A stretch of 64,000 bases of DNA, from assembly GCA_951406725.2 (NCBI GenBank), contig OX597825.1, positions 3,224,001 to 3,288,000 on the forward strand. The letters are read 5' to 3'. Under the pieces are notes generated by a model that saw nothing but the letters and a program-made list of their open reading frames with translations, was not told the DNA's origin and did no database searches. The translations under genes were made by a program, and so were the position numbers. Of the stretch, positions 1 to 13,028 are shown one piece after another. Every line of letters starts with the position of its first letter. Position 1 is the stretch's first letter. The DNA is from Octopus vulgaris. Lineage: Eukaryota.

Positions 1-769
1 ACTATTTTTAAAGTGTTAAACAGATGTCAGTAACTTCTCCAAGTTATAAAAGTAATAACAATATGTAGGTGAAAGCAGAGAGTGTTAATGTGTTTCAAAA
101 TATCAGTTATTTTCACATGAAACAGGATTCTCTGAGTGTACACACATATAGATATGCGTAGATATCGGAGCAAAGATAGTTACATGCACAAACTCACACA
201 CACACATATAATATTTATGTATGCAAATTGGCGTGTGTGTGAGTGTGTATTTGGTGTGCAGACATAATATGCACATACATAGGGATGTAATGATGTGTAC
301 ATATATATGCGTGTGCCTGCACATCAATTCACAAAATTCTAAAAGAAGAAGAACTCTAGATTTATGGCTTTGGAAATGTTACATGCCAGGTGTTGCCAGG
401 CCCAAAAAGAATCTTCTAACGATTGTACAAGCAATTCCTGACAAGATACTGCTTGGCAATGACATCGATATTGAATGAACAAGGGAGAAAATCCAGAAAA
501 GAAAAATGAATGTACATCTAGGAAATAATATTTGAAATTTTATCCCTTTAGAAATGTTGCCGATTTTTTGCAGCACATCTATGTATTATTTTATTTTGTC
601 TATGCACGTGTGCAAAATTACGCACGTATGCATTCAATGAATGTATTTATATACACGTACACACCTACACAAGCGCGCACACACACACGAATCTTATAAG
701 TAGATTTATTTGTATGTGATTAAGTGTATGTTAGTTACATACATAAACGCCATCACACACATATGTAAA

Positions 770-918
<149 letters not shown>

Positions 919-1089
919 ATTCGTTATATTTTACATTTCAGTCCATACATATATATGTTCGTTATTTTTCATATTTCAGGTAGATAATACCGCGGTCAAG
1001 CTAGGGCACCGCTAGTATTGTCGCCTTTTCAATGGACATTTTTATCTCATTGACTTTTAGTGAGGCAGGAGGTTTTATGTTGCTGCCTC

Positions 1090-1295
1090 CTTTTCAGTTT
1101 CTTGCCATAATACAGGCTCATCCCGGAACATGGATCCCGGAGGTTGAAGGGGTTTCTTTAAAAACATCCACCCCAACAACATACATATATCTCAGATATT
1201 TTCGTAAGGTATTAAATATCCATTCTCCCATTCAATCTAAGACCACGTTGTACAGACACAGACACATATTTCTGGATAGATAGATGGGGAGAGAG

Positions 1296-1329
<34 letters not shown>

Positions 1330-1339
1330 AGAGATAGAT

Positions 1340-1373
<34 letters not shown>

Positions 1374-1462
1374 CATAGATAAATACTTATATATATTGAA
1401 GGACTAGGATGCTGATATATATACGTAAATATGTGTATATATATATACATATAAGGCTATGT
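1090..1462 (+). repeat. Local duplication, copy 1 (exon A plus downstream intron)
   Basis: Near-identical to 2945-3395 apart from microsatellite lengths and very few substitutions. Confidence 0.95.
1098..1203 (+). CDS. Internal coding exon A (copy 1) of an unidentified host gene: FLAIIQAHPGTWIPEVEGVSLKTSTPTTYIYLRYF
   Basis: Acceptor cctccttttcAG and donor TTC|gtaagg. 106 nt, phase 0 to 1, open frame. Phase-compatible with exon 16919. Confidence 0.6.
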
Positions 1463-1574
<112 letters not shown>

Positions 1575-1599
1575 GCATGTATATAGATATATTTTTTTC

Positions 1600-2311
1600 T
1601 CTGGTTTCAGCTCAGAGCTGCAGCCTAGCTGATGCACCGCCGTTTTGTGCTAAAATGTTATTGCGAAGTACCTCGTCTAATATGTGGTACTTGGTGAAGA
1701 ATCGAGTTTGATATAGCTACTCTCATTTGCCCCTCTTGCCGTGAGGTAGGTTCATCTGGGACTCTCGACTGGAAGATGTCCAGCTTTCATTTAAAAACCG
1801 CTACATCTACTTTGTGCAAGTTCCTCAGACTCTTTGAGAGAATATTAAAAAGCTGTGGGCCCCTGAAACCCAGGTTGTTGCAGAAGCTGGTCCTGAAGCG
1901 TGATGGCATTGGTGGGATCTTTGGCACTAATCAGTGTCGTCTCGTTCTAGCATTGGTGTAGCTTACAATGCCAAAATTTGGCACAATTTCTTCCAGGATC
2001 TTTCAGACATATATTACTGCATACCTCACCCGTCTTCTCTCCGGGAAGTAGAGTCTTAGCTGTTTCAACCTTTCCCAGTAGCTGAGTTGTTGCAAAGAGA
2101 CGATCTTCTTTGTGAATCTTCTCTGGATTGCTTCAAGGTCTGCTGTTAATTTTACACTGGTGGGTGACCGTAGCTGTGAGCAGTAATCCAGGCGGCTGAG
2201 GACGAATGTCCGCCAGAGGACCATCATGGTTTCCTTATCTCTGGTTCTGAATGTTCTTAGGATCCACCCATTCAGTCGTCTGCACTTTGTCGCCATCCTG
2301 GCAATGTGCAC
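1600..2311 (-). mobile_element. CR1/L2-clade LINE, 3' ORF2 remnant
   Basis: ORF 2003-2311 GWILRTF...LSRLDYCSQL..SP...LEAIQRRFTK...LSYWERLKQLRL is the typical post-RT region. It continues with stops (GPQLFNIL). Confidence 0.85.
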
Positions 2312-2317
2312 TATATA

Positions 2318-2510
2318 TAACGGGAAGGTTTACGAAAATAAACAAAAGACGAAGGCAGGTGGAGTACAAACAAACAAATGTATTATTATGGCGTTCAGGA
2401 ATAGAAATAGAACAAGTCCTTTACGTTTCGAGCCTACGCTCTTCGACAGAAAGATACACAGAAAATAAACAAGGAGAGAAAAAACTGCGTGTAGGAGCTA
2501 ACGGTCTATT
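2318..2510 (-). mobile_element. Penelope-like pseudo-LTR fragment (family with variant HHR)
   Basis: Homologous to 37960-38155 and, more loosely, 26094-26201. Contains an HHR-like motif. Confidence 0.55.
2417..2454 (-). ncRNA. Type I hammerhead-like motif with CUGUCGA core
   Basis: Minus strand: tcttt CTGTCGA A GAGC gtag GCTC GAAA CG TA aagga. Helices I, II and the palindromic helix III all pair. Confidence 0.55.
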
Positions 2511-2608
2511 AGAGCGTACGTTTATATATTTGTTTTGCAAGATTCTTGATGACTGAAAAATGGCTGAAAGTCAGTAAGGAGAAAATAAGAAAGAAGAAAG
2601 CAAAGGAC

Positions 2609-2670
2609 CATTGATGAGGTCACAGAAGTGTGACGAAGGAACTCTGGCCGAAATAAGATTAAGATTAATG
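2609..2670 (+). ncRNA. Degenerate type I hammerhead motif
   Basis: TTGATGA ggtca...tggcc GAAA taagattaagaTT aatg. Helix II is clear; the 5' core and helix III are imperfect. Confidence 0.35.
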
Positions 2671-2764
2671 TAAAGAATAAATAAAGCTGAAGCAAACTAA
2701 CACCAAATATATACGGCGTGTGTTTTTATGAGCTAAACTGGCAACCTGACCATTCCTAAATACA

Positions 2765-2883
<119 letters not shown>

Positions 2884-2944
2884 AAACACCACATGCCCTG
2901 ATAGATGTGCAAAAGAGAGCATAGGTGTGTGTACTTTTATAACA

Positions 2945-3225
2945 CTTTTCAGTTTCTTGCCATAATACAGGCTCATCCCGGAACATGGATCCCGGAGGTT
3001 GAAGGGGTTTCTTTAAAAACATCCACCCCAACAACATACATATATCTCAGATATTTTCGTAAGGTATTAAATATCCATTCTCCCTTTCAATCTAAGACCA
3101 CGTTGTACAGACACAGACACATATTTCTGGATAGATAGATGGGGGGGGGGGAGAGAGAGAGAGAAAGAGATTGAGAGATAGATTGATAGATAGAGAGAGA
3201 GATGGATGGATAGATAGATAGATAT

Positions 3226-3300
<75 letters not shown>

Positions 3301-3395
3301 TAGATACATAGATAAATACTTATATATATTGAAGGACTAGGATGCTGATATATATACGTAAATATGTGTATATATATATACATATAAGGCTATGT
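2945..3395 (+). repeat. Local duplication, copy 2
   Basis: Direct repeat of 1090-1462. Confidence 0.95.
2953..3058 (+). CDS. Internal coding exon A (copy 2), identical to 1098-1203
   Basis: Acceptor ttttataacacttttcAG and donor gtaagg. Identical 106 nt. Confidence 0.6.
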
Positions 3396-3482
3396 ATATA
3401 TATATACAAGAGCGTATAATTCACTAAATATGACTACTAAAGTTCTACAAATAATGTGAGGTTGATCGTTAATTTCATTGAA

Positions 3483-3566
<84 letters not shown>

Positions 3567-3567
<1 letters not shown>

Positions 3568-4190
3568 ATTGGCAGGGCTGGCCTGCTAGATAGCCGGCCA
3601 GAATGCTAGAAAAAGATCATCAACGATCAAACTACAAGGGAAATTCTCTAGAGGAAGAATTCAGCGAACACCAGAACCAACTTTGGCGGGCAGGACATAT
3701 GAAAAATTAAATAAATAACAGACTTAAATGCATACCTCGGTTTCGGTCTTAACAAAAGAATTACTTGCATAATTCAAGTGTCCGTGACTTCATCAGTACA
3801 TTCGGTCCACGTGATGCAAACCGCAGGAGTCTCTCAGCGCGCCAGAGCCAAGACATTTGAAATTTTATTCCCGATGTAATCAGTAAGACTAAGCACGTGT
3901 CTGTCTTGACACAGAGAGCTGGGGTTAGTCTTGCGGTTTGCATCACGTGGACCGAATGTACTGATGAAGTCACGGACACTTGAATTATGCAAGTAATTCT
4001 TTTGTTAAGACCGAAACCGAGGTATGCATTTAAGTCTGTTATTTATTTAATTTTTCATATGTCCTGCCCGCCAAAGTTGGTTCTGGTGTTCGCTGAATTC
4101 TTCCTCTAGAGAATTTCCCTTGTAGTTTGATCGTTGATGATCTTTTTCTAGCATTCTGGCCGGCTACCTAGCAGGCCAGCTCTGCCAATA
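3567..4190. mobile_element. Fold-back element with 259-bp inverted arms (3567-3825 and 3932-4190); probable inverted Penelope-like pseudo-LTRs
   Basis: Arms are reverse complements with about 2 mismatches, around a 106-bp spacer. Each arm carries an HHR. Embedded in (TA)n/(TG)n. Confidence 0.85.
3955..4030 (+). ncRNA. Type I hammerhead ribozyme (mirror copy on the minus strand at 3727-3802)
   Basis: aatgta CTGATGA agtc...gacc GAAA ccgagg TA tgcatt. GUA cleavage triplet, short helix III, A-C at the base of helix II. Confidence 0.7.
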
Positions 4191-4290
4191 TACACATATA
4201 TTTGAATTTTCTCTGACTCCTCAGATTTTTTGAATGCTGGACTACTGGTTTTAAATTGATATTAAAATTAATATTAATTTATCTCCCTCA

Positions 4291-4329
<39 letters not shown>

Positions 4330-4923
4330 CATATTATAATTGGATATATGAATGACAGAAACTGGACGATTTGAATGTGCAACGTGTATTCTAATCAAAC
4401 AAGAAGCGTTTCCCAATGATTCTGCATTGAGTTTAAAAGGATATCAATTCAAATCGAAACGCGCAATCGTAATATCACACTACAACCACACACTTGGCAC
4501 TTATGGAAGCGGAATTACAAAGTGTGTCGCAGACCCGAGAAATCAGGGCAAAAGTCTAATATTAAATAACTGTGTTGTAGGAGAAACATTTAAGTTTTCG
4601 TTATGCGTGATATTTTACAACACGGCCATACATGCAGTGAGGATTAAGTTAATGCTATATTTATATTTTGGGAAATTATCTTCTTGAAGAGGGTTAAGCT
4701 TAGGAACAATGAATTTAGAATTGATGGTTTAACGTCATGGAATTCAGTATTTGAAAGGGGAAAAAGTGTATTTATTTTACATTTGGTTCCTATTGACAGG
4801 GACTTCAATGTATTGGCATTAATCACTGTCACTTGCGTATTTTATTATTTGGAAGGCTATTTCACCGAATGCACGAATGGATAAGACAACGCATACTTTT
4901 GTGTATTCACGTATGCAAATACA

Positions 4924-4959
<36 letters not shown>

Positions 4960-5308
4960 TCTAACTGCCTATTTATCTCTCTCGGTCTTATTCTATGTAT
5001 ATCTCTACATTTGTGTGTGTATATGAGCGTATATATATATATATATATCGTGGTTTGTGACAAAGCCGATTAGATGGGGGGAGAGTGTTGACGTGTAGCA
5101 CGAAGATTCCATCACGCTAAACAAAACAATTATGTTGAGTAGGTCGTAGTACAACAACTGGAGGTTTACATGTTGTCTTCGACGAGAAGGTCTACCATAT
5201 CTACATATCAGTGCAGCCATTAAATAATTCAAGAAAATTTATGATAAACTCAAATGCAAATACTTCCGGTTCGGTGTCGTGGCGTTTGCACTAGAGTCTC
5301 TAAATATA

Positions 5309-5764
<456 letters not shown>

Positions 5765-6149
5765 TATATTGTAAGATACAACAGGGATTTTCTCTCTTTC
5801 CCTTTCTTTCGTTCCCCCTCCTTGCTCAGTATATGAGAATTGCTACATAGATGAATTTTAGCTTGCGTGCGAGACGGTTTGCGTGAATATATGTACACAT
5901 GCTTTTATGTGTATAATTTAGATTCATATTCATACGTCTGTATATGTATGTATGGCGTTTACGCGCATCCTGTTGTGTATGTTGATATATATATGTGGAT
6001 TTTAATATAAATATGTATTGCAGTATTTATAACAGGTTTAATTTCTATGCATTAATTTGTACTGTCTTCATTAACGGCAATAGGTTTTTTTCCTCGGTTT
6101 TTTCCTCGGATTTTATAATTTTTATAAGTTTTTATATATATATATATAC

Positions 6150-6434
6150 ATGTATTTTTGACCTTTTTGTTTATCGCTCGAAGATTGACCGTTTTTTTCT
6201 AAAGGGCCAATCAAACAAGTCCATTTCTTTTTAAAGGTGTAGCGTTTGTAAGAGTATAGATTGAATTAATATATAAGTTCCATCCTAGCAAAAACTGTCT
6301 GATGAACGGCAACGAGAAACTCAGAGTAACAGATTTTGTTGAATTTTCTGCTGCTTAAAATAAAGCATATTACTCTACCACTGGTATTTGAGTACTCTTT
6401 TTTCCACCTTGTTTCACATTTATGTGTTTACTCC

Positions 6435-6437
<3 letters not shown>
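6150..6437 (+). mobile_element. Probable Penelope-like pseudo-LTR fragment
   Basis: HHR, then AATAAA, ending directly in (TA)n. Confidence 0.45.
6288..6339 (+). ncRNA. Small type I hammerhead ribozyme
   Basis: gcaaaaactgt CTGATGA a cg gcaa cg a GAAA ctcagag TA acagattttgt. Helix III ACTC-a-GAGT and extended helix I. Confidence 0.65.
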
Positions 6438-6507
<70 letters not shown>

Positions 6508-7039
6508 GATATATACATACGTTATTCATATTATTGCATATATTTGTACATGACCCAGAGACACACATGTAACTTAAGTTTGAACACCAAAGCCGAGGCA
6601 AATAAACATGCTGTGACTTTGTGACACGTTTATTTATTAATTTGCATGAGATGGTGATAATTACCGCTACAATGATGATACTCTTGACGACTGCGACATC
6701 AGTAAATGAGATGATGATGGTTTCATTGATGAGGATGGTGAGAACTATGACAAGGAGTGCGTAAGATGATGAAGTGCGTGACGTAGGCGGAGGGCAATAT
6801 CAATCGTGTTCAGAAAAGTATCAGATAAATACAATCAAAGTCACATGAACACATACAGTTGTACCTACAATCTGAATAAATTAATGTATTGCGTGTAATT
6901 ACAGCCATAATAGAATAAAAGTACAGCCGTGATTTGCATGTGAAACACCCGATTTGGTTTAAGGAATGATTGATTGGTTCTTTGACAGAATTGTAGCACA
7001 CGATTCCTTCATAGAATTATATTTCTGTTTCAGTTCTAT

Positions 7040-7266
7040 ATTTAAGAGATGAGCAGTTATGTACATTATTTACATTATTTACATTTGACGGATATTTGTC
7101 CTCATCTTGCTTGTTGTAACCACAACGTTTCGGCTGATATACCCACCAGCCCACATTAGGTGTCTTGGGGAAATTTCGAACCTGGATTCTCATTCCTAAG
7201 GTATTCTTCGATGTTGTTGTTGTTCTTCTTCTTCTTCCTCTTCTCCTTCTTCTTCTTCTTCTTCTT

Positions 7267-7297
<31 letters not shown>

Positions 7298-7334
7298 TTA
7301 TTATTATTATTATTATTATTATTAGTTAGTTAGT

Positions 7335-7390
<56 letters not shown>

Positions 7391-7461
7391 ATAGTAGTAG
7401 TAGTAGTATCCAGGCCACTGCCTCGAATCGAACTCTTAACCACTACGCCATATGCCCATGG
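7040..7461 (-). mobile_element. tRNA-head / trinucleotide microsatellite / HHR-like SINE-type element (copy 1, head internally deleted)
   Basis: Reverse complement matches 15040-15363. Degenerate HHR at 7120-7163. Confidence 0.75.
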
Positions 7462-8606
7462 TTGCGAGTGCGGCCTCTTAGAAGTAGTTCTGGCTCGATG
7501 CAATGAGAATCACATAACTTCACTTTTTTTCTAATTGTAAAATATTTTTTTCCAATTGTAAAATCTAATGGTCAAATATATTCCTATCTTTTTAATTGTG
7601 ACTAAATTCTTATTAATTCTCATACATTCTTTGCATAGTTTAGACTTCAGTTCTTCCCTTCTTCCACATGTTTGGATTGACAAATTAACACACCCATTCT
7701 CTATCCGTTCTTTACTTGTATATTATTATTGCTCTTATTCTGTCGACTGAAATAATTCGTCACACACCTGTGAACACTTGAGCAAAATTTTTCTCCCACC
7801 TGTTTCATCCATTCTCTCTTTCTATGGTGAATATCATCATCTGCGCATGGATTTGTACCTTTATCCGCTTGTGTGCGCCTTTGTGTATCTGTACGTCTTT
7901 ATGACTTGTTTATGTGTGTTTTTTTGCCTGCATATATGTGCTTGCTTAGCTTTCTATACTGATTGTGTCTGTGCCCTTTATTTACTATTTATTTATCTAT
8001 TTATTTACTTATTAATCTCTAAGTTTCCCCATTTCATCTGGAGTAGGTGTATGTGTGTTTTGTGTGTGTGTTTGGGTTTATGTATTATACTGTTTGTATC
8101 TAAATGTATTGGTGACTCTTTTTTATGAAGACCGTTGATATTTATTGAAATATAATCTCTTCATGAGAATATTGGCAACATTTTGTAGAGAATACACCAC
8201 CCATGGGCAACGGCATCGTTAGTGATCATCATCAACCCGTTCGTTGATCTCATTTGTCTCCACTAAGCGTAGCGATTGCAAGTTAACATGCTTAGAATCC
8301 TTAGGAGCATTTAATTGAGCAGCTCGCTCCCTATAAGGATTTTAATTTAATGCAATTCTGGGACTGGATACCGTGGAGAAGCACCTGCATGATTAAACTG
8401 GAGAATAAGCAGTGGATGCAGATTATAATTTTGAAAGGTCTATCTTGGGTTCACATTTCTCTAATTTCATGCAAGATATTTCATGCTTGTATAATTGGAT
8501 TCCGTTTCATTTTATATATGCATGTATGTGCCTATGTAAGCATGCATGTCTGTATATATGTGTGTATGCACATACATATGTATGCATGCATGTATGTATA
8601 TATAGA

Positions 8607-8829
8607 TGGTAATCTCTCGTCATATCGCGGTTCACCTATCGCGGTTTATTACTGAAGCTTACGACGATTCCTCCGCAATGTTGTCTTGCATTCATAATAA
8701 AATAAATATATTTAAATGATAAAAATAACGAAAAAATATAGAGTACACTACTGTTTTTCTGTTTCGCGGATTTTCACCTATCGCGGCAGAGTTTGAAAGG
8801 CAACACCTGTGATAGTCGAGGGATTACTG
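8607..8829. mobile_element. Tigger/pogo-like MITE
   Basis: Terminal inverted repeats ggtaatctctcgtcatatcgcgg and gtgatagtcgagggattactg. Internal ttcacctatcgcgg repeats. Confidence 0.65.
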
Positions 8830-8831
8830 TT

Positions 8832-8901
<70 letters not shown>

Positions 8902-10786
8902 TGTGTGTGTATGTCTACATACAAATAAATATACATGAATATTTGTACATATATATATATACATATATCCATGTGCATGTTATATGTATATTTATGTGTG
9001 TAATTGTATATATACTCATATCAATATACGCATTCATAAGTACGCTCACTCACAAACACACATGATTTTCAATATTGACATGAAACTTTCATGTAAATAT
9101 CAGTTTGAGAAGATGTCAAATATAATTTATACACAAAAAATCGATTACAATAATCAACATTCTAAGAGATGAAATAGATTCATCTTTTCAACAGGTTAGC
9201 AATGAATAAGTATGATTGATTTCATTATTAGCAATTAATTCTATCAATTTATCATGATTCTGTGATATTTAATCCTCTAATTAATTTTTTATCCCTAATC
9301 TTTTCGAGATAGATCATCAATTTATTATGAACGTATAAATTAGGAATTTCCTATAAATGTATGAATTTATTATAGTCCAATAAATTTGATATTTTTCGTA
9401 AGTAATTGCAACACGCAATTATCCACACGTATACATAAAAATTGTGTGTGTGAATGTTCATAAATGTTTAACATGTTTGACTTCTGAAAGTCAGTACAGT
9501 TAACGCTGCAAGAGTTGTAGATTATCGTTTGTGATAATATTGATTTTTGCGTTAAGCAGAAGACCGAAGAATTTCATGATAGACTGAGGCTGTTTGACGA
9601 ACACTACGACTGAAACAATACTTATTTGACAAACAGGGCACAGAAAACTTCGCAAAGAGTATCGTTGTTTCAGAGATCAAAATATGACTTCTTACATATA
9701 TGTATAGCATCGCGATAATTCACATGCTGAAAAATAAAGGGATTTCTTTTAAAAATAATAACCAAAATTTCATGTCATAACAAAACAAGACGTTGCGTAT
9801 AAGGGAATTTAGATTTATAGTCAATGTTTCAGATAAAAGTTAAAGTTTATCGGTTCGGGTTGGTTTTAGATTTTAGGCTTGAATTTTAAGATTTTGCGGT
9901 CGTGGTTATCCGATTTCGCCAGAATCTCTTTGTTCAAGCTATCTAATATCTCTTTCTGCTTGGAACTTGGTACAAATAAAACGAAAAAAAGCTCTATCAG
10001 AATACTAACACATTCACAGTTTTGCTGGAAAAATTTGGAGGCTTTTGTCTGGCAAAATGTAACCGACAATATTTTTGTATTATTCATTACCCAAAAGTGT
10101 ATGTTGAATTTTCAATTATAATGCAGCTACATAGAAAAATTCAAGAGACACAAATCGAAGATTCTTCGTTTCGCCCAAACTGATTGCTGTTTTAGTCTAC
10201 GCCATTTTACCTTTCATCCGATAAAGTAGTGGTTAAATAATTTTGAAAGTTTAACGACTAAAGCGATAAGTTTAACGATTAAAACCAGAAACATGAATGA
10301 ATGACAAAGTTTTTACCACCCCATTTACAAGGCATTTGAAAAAGCAAACAAATTCGCAAGTATTACATCAGAAAATTTACTTCTTCGACAGCTGATTAAT
10401 GATAGATAAGGACTATATCACTCCCAAAACATGCAGAATTAGTTACTTAACTCAGTTCATCCGTAGTTTCATAGTCGTTTTTTAACCTCAATGGATTCAG
10501 CTTACCATTCTTTAGATAATATATATGTATATTGAGATACATATGTGTGAGTATGTATATGCCCTCTCCTATCCTATCGTCTTGTTTTAGTTAGTTACGC
10601 CATGTAGGAAGATATATTCACACATGCGGGAAGTAAATAGACATCTAAATTTTCAAAATTTCTGATCTAAGCGTGTTATAGTTTTCAGCGGTGTAGAATT
10701 TACAATATAATTATTATTTTTCTTTACAGGTACCATTATATTAAACATTTGCGAAGAGTAACCATGTAAACATTCAGCAGAGTAAA

Positions 10787-11325
10787 CATTCAGCAGAACT
10801 GTCAGATTTTCAAAGAAGTCGTACTGTTGGGCAATCTGAGGCTGGTCATAGCCAGTGAAATATTGCCGAAAATCTTCAAATTCCTTTTGCTACTGTTAAT
10901 AGAATAATAGTGCAATTCAAAAGCCAAGGAGAAGAATCAGCAAATTCTCATCCTGGCTGACATGGGCCCTCGGAAAGGAAGCTTTGCTGTTTGAAGGGAA
11001 AACTAACCCCGATCGAAGGCATCTGATATTGCAAAACAACCAGATTTTAGTCCAAGAACTTGTTACATATCTGCATAATCTTAGTTATTAAAGACGAGCA
11101 TCTAGAAGAAAACCTCTCCTTCAACCAATTAGACCTCAAAATGTCTGTGAATCAAAATAAGGGAGACATGTGGTAGGTAGCTGGCGATCTGGACAGAAAA
11201 TGGGGTCTCATCAATTCCAGCTGGGCCACTTGGAGGAGGGTGTATGATGTTGAAAGAAGTGAAACACCCAACGATACAAGGCACATACATCACTGAAGAT
11301 ATGCCCAGATGCATCAGTCATTGAT
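10787..11325 (+). mobile_element. Tc1 transposase pseudogene (N-terminal HTH, internally deleted)
   Basis: Manual translation ELSDFQRSRTVGQSEAG..IAENLQIPFATVNRIIVQFK...RASRRKPLL with stops and frameshifts. Confidence 0.7.
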
Positions 11326-11375
11326 GTATGCACACAACGAATATATATGTATATATGTCATATATGCATATGCCT

Positions 11376-11424
<49 letters not shown>

Positions 11425-11425
<1 letters not shown>

Positions 11426-11636
11426 CTTTTATTTGGTTCAATCGTTTGATTGGTGGCATGCGGAATCACCGCTTTTAGTCGAACAAATCGACCCACCACT
11501 TATTCTTTGTACGCCAAGTACATATTCTATCGGCCTCTCTTGCCGAACCGCAATGTAACGCAGACGTAAAGTCATCAACATCGGTTGTCAAGCAATAGTG
11601 GAGGGGCAAACACAAGCAGACACAGAGAATACACAC

Positions 11637-11671
<35 letters not shown>

Positions 11672-11837
11672 ATATGACAGGCTCATTTGAGTTCCCGTCT
11701 ACCAGATCCCCTCCCAAGGCTTTGGTAGGCTCGAGGTTATATTAGAAAACAGTTGCCCAAGGTGCCACGCAGTGGGGCTGAATGCGGAACCATGTGGTTG
11801 TTAAGCAAGCTACTTACCCTGAAGACGTTCCTGCGCC
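11425..11837 (-). mobile_element. tRNA-derived SINE, family A
   Basis: Homologous to 14119-14533, 48359-48790, 57592-58100 and 58778-59209. Internal (TA)n. Confidence 0.85.
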
Positions 11838-12797
11838 AGGTACCATTCATATATAATCTATAAAGAAGTTCAATTAAATTAAGGTTTAATGCTCTTCAAC
11901 CTTTTTCATATTTAATGCATTGAGTTGATTTTTTGTGCAGTTTTTCCTTTTCCCAAAATAAAATTTAGAATATTGGAAACTAGTTTTGCTTTATTTATTT
12001 TCCAGAAAATTTGAAAGCAAATTATAAATTTCACCATCAACATCAGCATTAAACACAGCGGCAGAGAAACGTTTATAATTTATTTTACGTATGTTTTCCT
12101 CTAAAGGCCTACTCCTTATTGAAAATAGAAAAATCTTACTATAAACAATTAAAAATATTTCATTTTACCGGTGAGTATTAATGTTGATTTATTTTATGTT
12201 GTCTTGAATTATAAACTATGGAAGACAACAATTAAATCTACTAGCGAATTGGTATTGATTTTTATTGAGTGTAAACGAATTTTTTCTTTGATTCTACTTA
12301 CCTTGATTCAAACGGATTTCAACATTTTATTACTAGATGAAAAAAAAATGATTTGCTAATTTAAACGTGAAAAATAAATTCAAACTGAATAATCCTACTT
12401 ATCTCTAAGTAGCTTTATTTATGATATAAAATATAAATTAAATAAAACGTTAACTACCTTCATTTTCAAACATTAGAATAAATTGATTTTCCTGTTAATT
12501 TCGTGGCATTATTTAAAAAGAAAAGTAGAATTCAATACTTAACGTCTAAAAGGAAATCAGCCGCTAGAATGTATATTTGCTGGGTCCCTCATGGCTTTCT
12601 GAAATAACATTCTTGAAAATAGCGCTTTGCTTCTTATTGTCTGTCATTTTGTGACATACCGCTGTAATTCATATATAATGCATGTAATAAGCGTTGTAAA
12701 AATATTTAATCGGATAAAATCGTTTCAGGCATAGACGCAAGTCCAGAGAATTTGGTGGAAGCGAACTCAATACCTCATAGATATTTTCTTATTCCCT

Positions 12798-13028
12798 TAA
12801 GACGGCGAGCTAGCAGAAACGTTAGCACGCCGGGCGAAATGCGTAGCCGTATTTCGTCTGCCGTTACGTTCTGAGTTCAAATTCCACCGAGGTCGACTTT
12901 GCCTTTCATTCTTTCGGGGTCGATAAATTAAGTACCAGTTACGCACTGGGGTCGATGTAATCGACTTAATCCGTTTGTCTGTCCTTGTTTGTCTCCACTT
13001 TGTTTAGCCCCTTGTGGGTAGTAAATAA
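12798..13028 (+). mobile_element. tRNA-derived SINE, family B, with 21-bp TSD
   Basis: B box gagttcaaattcc and central gcctttcattctttcggggtcgataaattaagtaccag. TSD atagatattttctta(t/c)tccct at 12777-12797 and 13029-13049. Confidence 0.9.

Noticed and set aside
221-478. ORF ending ILLGND, like a Gypsy aspartic-protease motif
   Set aside because: A single short motif without the DTG catalytic motif or other gag/pol context.
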